64,000 bases of DNA from NCBI GenBank assembly GCA_047617785.1, contig JBLGBK010000002.1:32001-96000 (forward strand), written 5' to 3'. Positions 30,357 through 40,642 of the stretch are shown in pieces. Numbering within the stretch: position 1 is the first letter of the stretch; every line of letters starts with the position of its first letter. The notes beneath the pieces were generated by a model. The model saw nothing but the letters and a program-made list of their open reading frames with translations, was not told the origin of the DNA and ran no database searches. The translations under genes were made by a program, and so were the position numbers. This stretch comes from Colwellia polaris (GTDB taxonomy: Archaea > Nanohalarchaeota > Nanosalinia > Nanosalinales > Nanosalinaceae).

Positions 30357-30959
30357 TCAATTCTCTAGTTTTTTCTCTTGTTTAACAAGTTTTTTGTACT
30401 GATTTAAAACGTTTTTCTGCCATTCATCGGCGTAAGGGTCTATAACCTCGACTTTTTCATCTGGAGCATCCAAGTCAAACAACACCGAGTTTTTAGCGTC
30501 CTCTCCAGTAGTAATGACTTTATCGGCTTCATAGGCGCCTTGCCACTCTAGCTCAGAGATCATTTCGGAGAAATCCTCATTGAACCCTCGCATATTTTCC
30601 GTTGAATGTATTGTCAGTACGAGAGGTTTCTCAAATCTTTTTGCAAGCGTTACTCCTCCACTAACGGTTGTCCAGTCATGAACGTGTATAAGATCAAATT
30701 CACTCTCTCCAAGTTCCGTTGCCGGTTTCTTTAACTCATTGTTAAGTATCATAGACCAATTATAGATGTTGTCCCCCTCAAAATGTACTGGCACTCGTAT
30801 AACATCTACATCATCGTGTATACTGTAGTATGATCCGTCTTCAAACGATATTATCGTAGCTTCATGACCTTTCTCTACTAAATATTCCGCAAGATGCTTG
30901 ACGTGTTCCGATACATCTTCACCATCACGGAAATCTTTCGAGAGAAACAGTACTTTCAC
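30357..30959 (-). CDS. Stand-alone GT4 N-terminal domain protein
   Basis: IHVHDW, TIHSTE, LEWQGAYEAD parallel the neighbouring GT4, but the C-terminal EPFG domain is absent. Confidence 0.8.
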   Translation of the reverse strand: MKVLFLSKDFRDGEDVSEHVKHLAEYLVEKGHEATIISFEDGSYYSIHDDVDVIRVPVHFEGDNIYNWSMILNNELKKPATELGESEFDLIHVHDWTTVSGGVTLAKRFEKPLVLTIHSTENMRGFNEDFSEMISELEWQGAYEADKVITTGEDAKNSVLFDLDAPDEKVEVIDPYADEWQKNVLNQYKKLVKQEKKLEN

Positions 30960-32110
30960 TCTAAATCACCTTTTTCAAATCTGTTTTGTAGCCCAAGCTT
31001 CTTGCTTGTTTCGACATCAGGCTGATTGAAAGGATTTACCTCTCGCAGCTCAGCTGACCTAACTGCCATCAATTGCAGGAAGGCAGTTAACTGGCCTGCT
31101 TCTTCTAGGCCCAACGAATCTAGCTCTAGATTAATATACGGCATTTTATGCTCCTCCAAAGCCTGTCTAACACCCTCATATTCCGATTTCAGCGCAGATT
31201 CGTAATCTCTGCCTTCCCCAAGTTCACCGAGCTTTCTATCCCGTATATCAACTTCTTTCAAATCTTCCGGCACCCTCATCTCAGCATGTTTGTGGCTTGA
31301 GAGGTTGACGAACAGAGGTATTACGTTCTTCTTACCCCCAAACAATCTCTGATTTGTGTGATGCTGATATTCTGGCGCTAGGTCTCCATAAACTGTCTGT
31401 CCCTGCTTATCCTTGCAGACTGTTTCATGCATTAGCTGTACTAGAAGCGGATAATATCCGAAAAGCCGGGTAGAGTAAAAAGGTGTCAGAATTTCATTAT
31501 AGCCGTTGTTTTCAGCTCGGTAAAGTGTTTTTGCGGCTCGATAGGGTTTCTCCGGATCAGCATATACTTTTTCTGCGCCTTTTCTAATTGGCTCTATGTC
31601 GATCCCTGCGAAATATACTGGCGTAAGAGCTGTTTCTACAGCGCCGGTAAATCTTCCTCCTATATCTGGATGTTCAACGAACTCTTTATCTCGTTCTTCT
31701 GCTATTTGGCGTAATGCGCCATCATTATCTGATGTAACAGGAAGGAAGTCGTAGTCTCTGTCAAGAAAGTATAGAAGAGATTCGATTACGCCAACAGTTT
31801 GACCAGATTTGCTTATCGGCATCACCAGCGTATCTTTCTTAGATGTTGCTTGATCTAGTCTTTCCAGATAGTCAGGATCCATCGTGGTTACTATATGCAC
31901 GTTTACATCAGTTTCATCGATGAATGCATAGTAGTAGGCTCGGAAAGACGTTATTGAGCCGCCGTTACCTATAACAACGAGATTATCAAACTCTCGACCT
32001 TCCTTAAGTTGCTTTATCTTCTCTATATCAGGTTTATAGCTGGTATAAGCAGGAACCTCTGTTTTTGTTTCTTTTTCTTCGTCTATATTCTCTGTATCAA
32101 TCTTTATCAT
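30956..32110 (-). CDS. pgi: Glucose-6-phosphate isomerase
   Basis: IGNGGS, ISKSGQT, IGGRF, VNPFNQPDVETSKK. Confidence 0.88.
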   Translation of the reverse strand: MIKIDTENIDEEKETKTEVPAYTSYKPDIEKIKQLKEGREFDNLVVIGNGGSITSFRAYYYAFIDETDVNVHIVTTMDPDYLERLDQATSKKDTLVMPISKSGQTVGVIESLLYFLDRDYDFLPVTSDNDGALRQIAEERDKEFVEHPDIGGRFTGAVETALTPVYFAGIDIEPIRKGAEKVYADPEKPYRAAKTLYRAENNGYNEILTPFYSTRLFGYYPLLVQLMHETVCKDKQGQTVYGDLAPEYQHHTNQRLFGGKKNVIPLFVNLSSHKHAEMRVPEDLKEVDIRDRKLGELGEGRDYESALKSEYEGVRQALEEHKMPYINLELDSLGLEEAGQLTAFLQLMAVRSAELREVNPFNQPDVETSKKLGLQNRFEKGDLE

Positions 32111-33857
32111 TTTTCATCGCCATTTGATGTGCTTCTTTGTAGTTTTTACCTAGTTTCTCCCATGAAGTCATCTGCGCCAGTTTTCTGGCATTGTGCTTCC
32201 GTTCTGTTATTTCTGTCTTAGAGAACTGTACTATCTCTCTTATGGTATCGGCAAGTTTTTCAGTTGCCTCTCGATCATTTTTTCCATCTCTTTCTATAAC
32301 TCTTATTCCTTTCCTTTCTTCAGAATCGGTTTTCTCCTTCAGGAACTTGCCAAATCCTGCTAGGTCAGTAGTAACAGATAAGGCTCCGTTTGCCGCAGTC
32401 TCTACAGGTGTATATCCCCATGGCTCGTAGTAGCTAGGGAATATTCCTGCGCTGGATGCTACCATTGCATCATTGTAGCTCATGGAGAGTAGTTTATCAC
32501 CTACTGAAAGATAAGTTGGATAGAAAACTACTTTGACTCTGTCCGATTCCCTGTTGCGTAGTCCCTTCTCGTATAAGCGTTCAAGTATATCGTCGTTATC
32601 GTAGTTCAGGTCAAATGCAGACATAGGTGGTTTCTGGCCTTTTTTGGCTCGGAAATTTCTTTCCAGCGACTTAATTTGAGGTGAACGGCTATTAAAAACA
32701 TCCTCCATGCTTTCTAGAGGATCTTCTCCAGAAGTAACCGAATCTAGGATGCTTGATTTTATTTCAGGTACTGCATCCTCTATATGATCCTCTAGTTCTT
32801 CATAAAGCGATACATTCTCCAAAACCTCTAGCTTCTCTCCCTTTACATCTGAAGGCACGAAGAAGAATACAAAGAAGTCCTCTCCTTCCTCCTCATTAAG
32901 GTCGGCTAAAGCATCAATGAAAGTATCTATTCCTTTATTGTGGAATTCATAACGACCTGAGATAAACAGAATCCGAGGATCGCTCTCTAGTTCTACATCA
33001 TAGTAGGGTTTGAAGTATGCTCTCAGGAACTCTATAACTTCTTTTTTCTTCCTAGTATGTTGATATGACAACTCTTCGAGACTTGGGAACTCTTCGACGT
33101 TAAAACCGTTTGGTAGTATCTTGTCAGGTTCTACCCGTAGTACTGCTGATGCTTCCCGCCCTGTAGTATTACTTACTGTTGTAAATACGTCTGCTTCTTC
33201 AGCCGCTGTTTTTTCCATCTGATGTTTAGTTTTTACGCCGAATTCTTCTGCTTTACTTTGGTCGACGCTACCTCTTTCAACCGCAGCTTTAAGATCGTAG
33301 TCCGAGTTTGATAGAGCTCTTCCAAGCACTGTTGCATGAGTTGTAAATACTGTAGGTACGTCTGTCTCAAACATTGCGGGCGCAGATAGCCATTCATGTA
33401 GCTGAGTTACTGTTTCGCCTTCAAGCTTGTGATCCAGTTTATCTATAAGTTTGCCTACGGCATAGCTCCATTTCAAAGGCTCATCAAAGTCGTTTCCTGC
33501 ATTCATCGAATCTATACCGTATTCTTCCCATAGCCGAGATTTTATTTCATTTACATCTATGTCAGAGTTTTCTACATCGATAAGTATTGTTCTGGGGCTG
33601 CCTTTGATATTCCAGACACCATAATGACATTCAATGCCTAGTTCTTCTTCGAGTTCTTCAAAAATATAGCTGTACGGGTTTTCTTCTCTAGGGGCAAAGT
33701 CGGACATTGCGTTTTCTTCGTTGTAGAAGCCAACTGCTAGGTATCCTTCACCGTAGTAGTCCTTCATCTTTGTGGACTTCGATTTCAGCACCTGGTATAT
33801 TCCACCGACCTTGTTAGATACTTCGAAAGATACTTCGATGAAATTATCGGGTGCCAT
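32097..33857 (-). CDS. GT3-family glycogen synthase
   Basis: EVSFEVSNKVGGIYQV, HEWL, FTTHATVLGR, SGRYEFHNKG, FPSYYEPWGYTP; ATG at 33857. Confidence 0.92.
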   Translation of the reverse strand: MAPDNFIEVSFEVSNKVGGIYQVLKSKSTKMKDYYGEGYLAVGFYNEENAMSDFAPREENPYSYIFEELEEELGIECHYGVWNIKGSPRTILIDVENSDIDVNEIKSRLWEEYGIDSMNAGNDFDEPLKWSYAVGKLIDKLDHKLEGETVTQLHEWLSAPAMFETDVPTVFTTHATVLGRALSNSDYDLKAAVERGSVDQSKAEEFGVKTKHQMEKTAAEEADVFTTVSNTTGREASAVLRVEPDKILPNGFNVEEFPSLEELSYQHTRKKKEVIEFLRAYFKPYYDVELESDPRILFISGRYEFHNKGIDTFIDALADLNEEEGEDFFVFFFVPSDVKGEKLEVLENVSLYEELEDHIEDAVPEIKSSILDSVTSGEDPLESMEDVFNSRSPQIKSLERNFRAKKGQKPPMSAFDLNYDNDDILERLYEKGLRNRESDRVKVVFYPTYLSVGDKLLSMSYNDAMVASSAGIFPSYYEPWGYTPVETAANGALSVTTDLAGFGKFLKEKTDSEERKGIRVIERDGKNDREATEKLADTIREIVQFSKTEITERKHNARKLAQMTSWEKLGKNYKEAHQMAMKNDKD

Positions 33858-33967
33858 GTAAATTTGATAGAAAGCTCTCTGTATAAAAGCCACCTAAAAC
33901 AAGGAGTGTTTGCCACTGAAAAGTTAATATGCATGTTTTATACCCGAATAACCTTCTAAATTTAGAT

Positions 33968-35752
33968 ATGGCCTACCATTTAAGAGAAGGATTCTCGGGA
34001 CGAACAGGTACAATATCGAACCTGAATGGCTTTCTATATAGAGACCTGGATACCGGTTTCAGCACTAAATGGTCAGGCTACTGGAACCCTCCCTACAAAT
34101 ATCTGGATTATCTTGCTGTGAAGATCAATGGAGTATGGCTAAACAAGAACACACTTGAAGGAGTGGACTACAGTTCAGACAAGATAGTTTTCTACCATGA
34201 AACAGAGTCACTAGCTGTGAAAGAAGTAGTCCGGACTCCAAAAAGATTTCCTGGTTTCAAAGTCGATCTAGAAGTTGATAACAAAACTGAAGATAGCAAA
34301 GCGGTTCTTGCAAAAGCAGAACTAGGTATAGATATCAGAAAACGCAACCAAGATATAGGCAATCAAGATTACAGCATTGAGAAAAACAATAACCGGTTTA
34401 TAGTATCAAATAGCGCTTCAAAGGCTATAATTTCAAGCGAAGAAGACTTTGAGCTTAATGGAGATCAGTACTTGAAAGAACATTATCCTGGAGAAAAACA
34501 GAAATGCTTTATACCCGGAAAAATAGTTTTCAAGGAAGAAATAGCAGGACAGGAATCAGAGACCTTTTCAATAGAGGTAAAAACAGGAGAGGCTAGTTTC
34601 AAGGAAATTGAAGATCCGCAGCCGAAAGTTGAAGATCATGATATTGCACGACTGTTTAATACCAGTGTTTCTAGCATGAGACGTCTCGTCTACGATGAGG
34701 ACGGACTTGGAATCATAGCCGGTCACCCCTGGTTCCAGAACTTCTGGGGTCGCGACATGTTCTGGACATTACTCGGCTATATCGACGCCGGATTCTACGA
34801 GAGCAGCCATGAAATGCTAGAAAACTACGCAAAACAGAAAGGTTTCCCTACAAGGATTAAAGAAGATGAAAATGCAGATAGACAGGGCGCTGATGAGGCA
34901 GCTCTCTTCGTTATAGCTGCAGATAAACTAAGAAGACACTGGAAAATAAGTGGAGATATAGAGGAAAAGATGGGTGAAGGGATCAAAACTATCGAAACCG
35001 ACGAAAAAGGCGTCGTCAATCATCATAAAGACGGTACCTGGATGGATACCCTGGAAAGAGAACAAGCTGTCGAAATACAGTCATTAAACCTGAAAGCTGC
35101 ATCTATAACAGATTCAGACAAGGAACAAGATCTAGAAAAAGGTTTGACAGAGTTTATTAGCTCAGATTACATAAAAGATACTATAAAGGGTAAGGAAAGA
35201 ACAATAAATCCGGTAATACCCCTCATGTTTAATCAAATAAAAGGGAAAGAAGCTGAAAAGGCTCTGGAAGTTATTAATGCCGAATTTAGTTCTCTATACG
35301 GTGCGAGGACTCGTTCCATGAGCGACCCTGGTTACGACTCTTCCGGATATCATACCGGAAGTGTGTGGGGTTTAACCACCGGATGGGCTGCAGCCGCCGA
35401 TCTAGCAAACGGAAAATCAGGTCAGGGAGTTAACTTTCTTGAAAAGCTGGCACAGTACCTTGACAGGAACCAGTTAGGCGGCCTGCCGGAAGTTGTCGAT
35501 GCTGAAAGCGGCGAGTTACTTGGATGCGGGGAGCAGGCATGGAGCGCAGGATTAGTCGCTCATGTTATAGACAGTTACTTGCTCGGAATGAGGGCGGAGA
35601 ACGGGAAACTGATTATTGATCCATCTGGCGAAGTTACATGTGTTAGAAGGAACAAACGAGTGGGAGATAGCACAGTAGATCTAAAGTTTAAAGACGGAGA
35701 AGTCCAAATCCTAGATAACAACGGGGTAGATGTAGAGGTAAAGAATCAATGA
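33968..35752 (+). CDS. Amylo-alpha-1,6-glucosidase (glycogen debranching enzyme)
   Basis: IIAGHPWFQNFWGRD, TWMD, VEIQ, YHTGSVW, LPEV, QAWS; ATG at 33968. Confidence 0.9.
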   Translation: MAYHLREGFSGRTGTISNLNGFLYRDLDTGFSTKWSGYWNPPYKYLDYLAVKINGVWLNKNTLEGVDYSSDKIVFYHETESLAVKEVVRTPKRFPGFKVDLEVDNKTEDSKAVLAKAELGIDIRKRNQDIGNQDYSIEKNNNRFIVSNSASKAIISSEEDFELNGDQYLKEHYPGEKQKCFIPGKIVFKEEIAGQESETFSIEVKTGEASFKEIEDPQPKVEDHDIARLFNTSVSSMRRLVYDEDGLGIIAGHPWFQNFWGRDMFWTLLGYIDAGFYESSHEMLENYAKQKGFPTRIKEDENADRQGADEAALFVIAADKLRRHWKISGDIEEKMGEGIKTIETDEKGVVNHHKDGTWMDTLEREQAVEIQSLNLKAASITDSDKEQDLEKGLTEFISSDYIKDTIKGKERTINPVIPLMFNQIKGKEAEKALEVINAEFSSLYGARTRSMSDPGYDSSGYHTGSVWGLTTGWAAAADLANGKSGQGVNFLEKLAQYLDRNQLGGLPEVVDAESGELLGCGEQAWSAGLVAHVIDSYLLGMRAENGKLIIDPSGEVTCVRRNKRVGDSTVDLKFKDGEVQILDNNGVDVEVKNQ

Positions 35753-36384
35753 TAATAATCAATTTCAAGACATATCACAAAGCGACAGGTAAAGCAGCTG
35801 AAGAACTAAACCAGAAAATAGAGAACGCCAGAAAACGCACAGATAAAGAAATAATAGTCTCACCATCTGCACCCGATCTAACCCGTATAGAATCTGATAA
35901 CCTATTCGCACAGCATATCGATCCTGTAAATCCTGGAAGCCATACCGGTCACATAACCATAGAAGCAGCAAAGGAGGCAGGCGCCACGGGGACCTTGCTC
36001 AACCACTCAGAAAAACGTTTAGATAACGAAAAATTGAAAGAATCAGTAGCTATGGCAAAAGAAAAAGGTTTAACCACCGTCGTATGCGCCCAGGACCCTG
36101 AAGAATGTGGTGAATACGCAGAGCTTGAACCAGACTACATAGCCTATGAGCCTCCAGAGCTTATAGGAGGAAATATATCTGTTTCTAGCTCCAAACCAGA
36201 ACTGATAGAAGAAGCAGTAGAAAAATCCGGGGAAATACCCGTTCTTACTGGAGCCGGTATCAAAGATAGAGAAGACGTGAAAAAAAGTATAGAGCTCGGT
36301 TGCGAAGGAATATTGGTAGCTTCCGGAGTAATAAAATCAGAAGACTCTTATGAAGCAGTACTTGACTTGTGTGAAGGACTATGA
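35749..36384 (+). CDS. tpiA: Triosephosphate isomerase (archaeal type)
   Basis: INFKTY, GSHTG, NHSE, AYEPPELIG, LVASGV. Confidence 0.96.
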   Translation: MIIINFKTYHKATGKAAEELNQKIENARKRTDKEIIVSPSAPDLTRIESDNLFAQHIDPVNPGSHTGHITIEAAKEAGATGTLLNHSEKRLDNEKLKESVAMAKEKGLTTVVCAQDPEECGEYAELEPDYIAYEPPELIGGNISVSSSKPELIEEAVEKSGEIPVLTGAGIKDREDVKKSIELGCEGILVASGVIKSEDSYEAVLDLCEGL

Positions 36385-37646
36385 AAGATATATGGACAGA
36401 AAGATTCCTTAACTCACGGAAACTAGCAGAAAGCGATTATGTGGAAACTCTTACAGCATTCAATGCTAACATCGATATCAAGGTAGATTATAGCGACCTC
36501 GATATTGACATGGAAGGGGTAGAACCCGAGAACATAGAGGAACCTGATAATCTTGGGGAATTCAAATCCCTTCTAAAGTACTGCACAGAGAATGGTGAAA
36601 ACAGAGAGGTTCCGCGCAACGATATCAGATTGGAAGTTAGCAGCGGTAAAAGGTTGATAGGAGGTCAAGCCGGCATCTGGAGCAACTACTTATCGCAGAC
36701 ACAGAACTCGGTAACTTTCTACACGCCGTTCCTGTCAGATAAACTAGCTGAAAAGGTAAATGAAAGCGTCCTATATCCCGTCATGGAAGGCCAGTTCGTT
36801 CTGAAAAACGTCAGAGATTCTGCAAATACAGATCGAATGAAGGAAAACATAATCATAGAGTATGCAGAGGAGAAAACAGGTCGGCTGATACTTTCAGACA
36901 ACCTCAAAGGTTTTGGACCATACTTTAGAGGCGGAGTTGCGGACAATCTAGGCAAAATTGATCAGAATCTTGACAGAGTATTCGTATCCGGTTTTCAGAA
37001 TGCATCCGGCAATATAGAGTCCAAAATGAAGAAGTCAGCTGAACAGCTATCGGTTCTGGAAACACCTATACACCTAGAGTATGTAGATATGAGCAGAGAA
37101 GAATCAGAAATCATCAATCATCACATCATACCTCAAGTCGACAGCATCGGCATGGATGAGACAGAGGCTGCTAAAATTGCAGACATCAGAAACATAGAGA
37201 TAGATGAAGACGAATTAAGCCTTGGAAGTTCATTCAAAGTAGGAAAAGATCTTATCGAAAACGGCGGACTTGATAGAGTGCATATACACACTTACAAGTA
37301 CCACGTTATTATCGCAGATGAAGACTACCCTGTAGAAGAGGAAAAGATGCGAGAAAGCATGCTTTACGGGGAAGTTTCAGGCATTACGATGGCTGATACC
37401 GGCAACCTACCTCGTTCAGATACCATCATGGATTTCAACATGGAAGATAAACACATTGAGAGGCTTGATGAGCTGGAGAACTTCCAGGATTTCTTTGATC
37501 TGGAGAACTTTGTTGAAACAGGAATAGCCTGCATAGATGAACTGAAGGTGGTCGCCATCCCTACCATAATCCACGAAGATCCAGACCGACTGGTAGGACT
37601 GGGCGATATAATCTCAGCAGGAGCTTTCGTAGGCGAGCTCAAATAG
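36381..37646 (+). CDS. ADP-dependent glucokinase/phosphofructokinase
   Basis: AFNANID, IGGQAGI, SGFQ, HLEY, SIGMDETE, HIHT, VGLGDIISAGAF. Confidence 0.9.
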   Translation: MKDIWTERFLNSRKLAESDYVETLTAFNANIDIKVDYSDLDIDMEGVEPENIEEPDNLGEFKSLLKYCTENGENREVPRNDIRLEVSSGKRLIGGQAGIWSNYLSQTQNSVTFYTPFLSDKLAEKVNESVLYPVMEGQFVLKNVRDSANTDRMKENIIIEYAEEKTGRLILSDNLKGFGPYFRGGVADNLGKIDQNLDRVFVSGFQNASGNIESKMKKSAEQLSVLETPIHLEYVDMSREESEIINHHIIPQVDSIGMDETEAAKIADIRNIEIDEDELSLGSSFKVGKDLIENGGLDRVHIHTYKYHVIIADEDYPVEEEKMRESMLYGEVSGITMADTGNLPRSDTIMDFNMEDKHIERLDELENFQDFFDLENFVETGIACIDELKVVAIPTIIHEDPDRLVGLGDIISAGAFVGELK

Positions 37647-38976
37647 ACTGTTCAATAGCGTTTTCAACAGAGCTACGGACCTTCTCCAGAAGCCGATCAA
37701 GCTCCTCTTCAGTGTCTGCTTCAACTCTTACAGACATTTTCTCTTCCGTATTTGAAGGACGTACAAGAGCCCAACCTGCATCGAACTCTATCTTTAGTCC
37801 ATCGATACGCGAAATACTGTAGTTCGAAAACTCGTCCGCAACTTTCTTGATCACTGGTTGCTTAGCTTCATGCGGACAGTCAATTCTGAGTTCGGGCGAG
37901 ACAGGATAGTCTGGATAACCTTTCAATGTACCATAGATATCTGTATCTGAGACTATTCTAGCCATCAGTGCTGCTGCATAAAGGCCGTCGTCCCATGGAA
38001 AGCCTTCAGAGGGGAAATAGTAGTGACCGGAAAGTTCTCCTGCGAAGACAATAGAGTCGTCGCTGTGTATCATCTCTGAGATGAATGTGTGGCCTACCCT
38101 AGATTCTACAGGCTCTCCACCATTCTGTGATATAATTTCTTTCACCAGTTTGGAGGATCTTAAATCATGGACAACTTTTCCTTTATCCTTTTCAAGCAGG
38201 TACTCTGAGAAGAGAGCTAGAACTTCGTCCTCCGATATATAGCCCACTCCCGGCAGTATAAATCCTGCTCGGTCTCCATCTCCGTCGAATATTATTCCAA
38301 GATCATCTTCTTCATCCATGAAGTTTTCTAACTGAATCTGTGCTTCCTCTTCGCCAGGTGCTGGAAGATGGTTAGGGAAATCTCCATCTACTTCACCATT
38401 TACTATCCTTATAGAAGCATCAAGACGTTCAAATAGATCTCTTGCCATAACCCCAGTAACTCCATTACCGCAGTTTATAGCAATATTAAGATCTCTTAGG
38501 CTTCCTGTATTGATTGCTACATCTTCTATGTAATTTTCGATTACATCTATTTCTTCTCTAGATGCTTGTCCGGTTTCAAAGCTTTCTGCGTCATATATTT
38601 CTTCGATATCCCGCATGCCTCCTTCTCGAGACATTGAAAGAGCTCCTTCAAGACAGAACTTGAAACCTGTATATTCAGATGGATTATGTGAGGCAGTCAC
38701 AACAGCTGCAGACTCAATATTTCCATCTACCTGTGCATGATAGGCTACAGGCGTTGGAATAATGCCTGCATATTTGACACCCGTACCTGTTGATAGAACT
38801 CCAGATATGAAAGCTTCAGTTATTTCTTCACCATGCTTCCTACCGTCTCGCGCGACAAGCACTTCTTCAGCGTCTGTAAATGTTCCGTATGCTTTTCCTA
38901 CTTTTTCTGCTTCGTCTTCACTGATTTCATCGGGGTAAGTTCCTCTGAGATCGTATGCATGGAAGAAAGATGTCAT
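37639..38976 (-). CDS. Phosphoglucomutase/phosphomannomutase
   Basis: FHAYDLRG, VTASHNP, FDGDGDR, GELSGH, VRPSNTE. Confidence 0.95.
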   Translation of the reverse strand: MTSFFHAYDLRGTYPDEISEDEAEKVGKAYGTFTDAEEVLVARDGRKHGEEITEAFISGVLSTGTGVKYAGIIPTPVAYHAQVDGNIESAAVVTASHNPSEYTGFKFCLEGALSMSREGGMRDIEEIYDAESFETGQASREEIDVIENYIEDVAINTGSLRDLNIAINCGNGVTGVMARDLFERLDASIRIVNGEVDGDFPNHLPAPGEEEAQIQLENFMDEEDDLGIIFDGDGDRAGFILPGVGYISEDEVLALFSEYLLEKDKGKVVHDLRSSKLVKEIISQNGGEPVESRVGHTFISEMIHSDDSIVFAGELSGHYYFPSEGFPWDDGLYAAALMARIVSDTDIYGTLKGYPDYPVSPELRIDCPHEAKQPVIKKVADEFSNYSISRIDGLKIEFDAGWALVRPSNTEEKMSVRVEADTEEELDRLLEKVRSSVENAIEQSI

Positions 38977-39209
38977 AGTATTTGTTTCGGTACCGGTTCT
39001 ATTATTTCTTTTTCAAATCCATGAAAGTCATATTCAGCACCTTCTAAAACCGAGGTTATTACTTCAGAGCTCTTTTCAGCCTTATCCTCTAACAGTTCCA
39101 TCGATTCATATGATGCTGTAACAATATCGCTGCCTTCAGTCAAAACCTCTAAAATCTCTATGTCATCAGAGGTTTCTGTATTAACGGATCTACCTGTAAA
39201 ATTATTCAC
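38973..39209 (-). CDS. Small hypothetical protein
   Basis: 78-aa acidic ORF with ATGA overlap onto the PGM gene. Confidence 0.5.
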   Translation of the reverse strand: MNNFTGRSVNTETSDDIEILEVLTEGSDIVTASYESMELLEDKAEKSSEVITSVLEGAEYDFHGFEKEIIEPVPKQIL

Positions 39210-39226
39210 TCTAATCTCCTCTTTTA

Positions 39227-39748
39227 CTAATCCCAGTAATCCTCTAGAATATCTGTTCTTTCTTTGTAGCTTTCCTGCGTGTCAGGAAGTGATTCTTTCA
39301 TGACTTTAGTATTTAGGCTCGTCTCCATAAATCCTCGGTCTTTCTCGTATATCGGTACTAGCTGTACATGTAGATGTGGTATTGACTCTCCTGCAGCTTT
39401 TCCAATATTGATTCCTACATCGATTCCAGCCGGTCCAACTACCTCTTCCTGAAGTTTTTGTACTCTTGAAACCATCTTGAACAGTCTGTTACGCTCTTCA
39501 TCTTCCAGTGAAGTAAGGTCATTTACATGTCTCTTCGGTATAACCATTAGATGTCCGGTATTATAGGGGAATAGGTTTAGAACAACCATTAGAAAGTCGT
39601 CTTCGTAGACAGCTAATTTTGTAATTCTTTCATCTTCTTCTCTCATTGCGCAAAAGACGCAGTCGATGTCTTCTGGTATCTCGTTTGTCTCGTAGTCTTT
39701 TCGATCAGGGCTCCAGAGATATTGTTCATAAGGCTTCAGATCTGTCAT
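39227..39748 (-). CDS. HIT-superfamily nucleotide hydrolase/transferase with HxHxQ motif
   Basis: CVFC, LNLFPYNTGHLMVIPKRH, GINIGKAAGESIPHLHVQLVP. Confidence 0.88.
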   Translation of the reverse strand: MTDLKPYEQYLWSPDRKDYETNEIPEDIDCVFCAMREEDERITKLAVYEDDFLMVVLNLFPYNTGHLMVIPKRHVNDLTSLEDEERNRLFKMVSRVQKLQEEVVGPAGIDVGINIGKAAGESIPHLHVQLVPIYEKDRGFMETSLNTKVMKESLPDTQESYKERTDILEDYWD

Positions 39749-39812
39749 ATAGTTAAATTTTGGATAACACAGGATTTAAAACTGAAATTTAGAGAAAGGT
39801 GGAAGTCTTATT

Positions 39813-40571
39813 TTATTGAACCATATCCTTCAGCTTCAATCGGACTTTCTCGCTCAGTCCTTTTTCTGGCGGTTCACGCCCCTGCATTCTGTGAGCAAGG
39901 TCTTCTATCTGACGTGAAACCTTTGCTTCAGGTCTTACTGAGGTAACTGGTTCTCTCAGGGCTATTGATTCTCTTACATGTTCGTGATCATCTATCTGTC
40001 CAATTACAGGCACTTCAACTAGCTGTTCTGCTTCAGTGATCCCTACCTGTGATGGTTCTCCTCTTACACCATTTAGAACAAGTCCGAGAATTTCTCTGTC
40101 GAATTGTTCCGCAAGTTTACGCGCTCCGATACAGTTAGTTAGTGAAGGTAGTTCCGGCTCAGAAACAAGTAGCACCTCATCTGAAGCTTCGATAGCAGAT
40201 TCAACTTCATCTCCTATGCCCGCTGCAGCGTCGATGAATACAAAGTCCTTGTCTCCTAGGAACTCAACCAGAGAATGTTTCAGGTTTTCTGCGCTTGCAT
40301 CGAATTCAAGTATTGATGCTGGTAGTACTGATACTCCGGCAGGGTGTTTGGCAACTGCCTGTGTAATGTATGCATCGCCGTCTAAAACCTGGTTAAGTGA
40401 TACGTCCTGGAACCCTATTCCAAAATGCTGTGACACATTAGCTCCTGAGAAGTTTCCATCTATTATAAGGACTTCATGCCCCATCTGGGAAAGTTTTACG
40501 CCTAAATTGCATGTTACGGTGGTCTTTCCTACTCCTCCTTTCCCTGAGACTACGGATATAACCCTTGTCAT
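39813..40571 (-). CDS. minD: MinD/ParA-family ATPase (paralogue 2)
   Basis: SGKGGVGKTT, FIDAAAG, C-terminal amphipathic helix. Confidence 0.85.
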   Translation of the reverse strand: MTRVISVVSGKGGVGKTTVTCNLGVKLSQMGHEVLIIDGNFSGANVSQHFGIGFQDVSLNQVLDGDAYITQAVAKHPAGVSVLPASILEFDASAENLKHSLVEFLGDKDFVFIDAAAGIGDEVESAIEASDEVLLVSEPELPSLTNCIGARKLAEQFDREILGLVLNGVRGEPSQVGITEAEQLVEVPVIGQIDDHEHVRESIALREPVTSVRPEAKVSRQIEDLAHRMQGREPPEKGLSEKVRLKLKDMVQ

Positions 40572-40642
40572 TATAATGAGTAATTTCGAATCGACTGATT
40601 AAAAACCTGTCCCTACTATGCTTCTAGAAACGCGATAATTTT

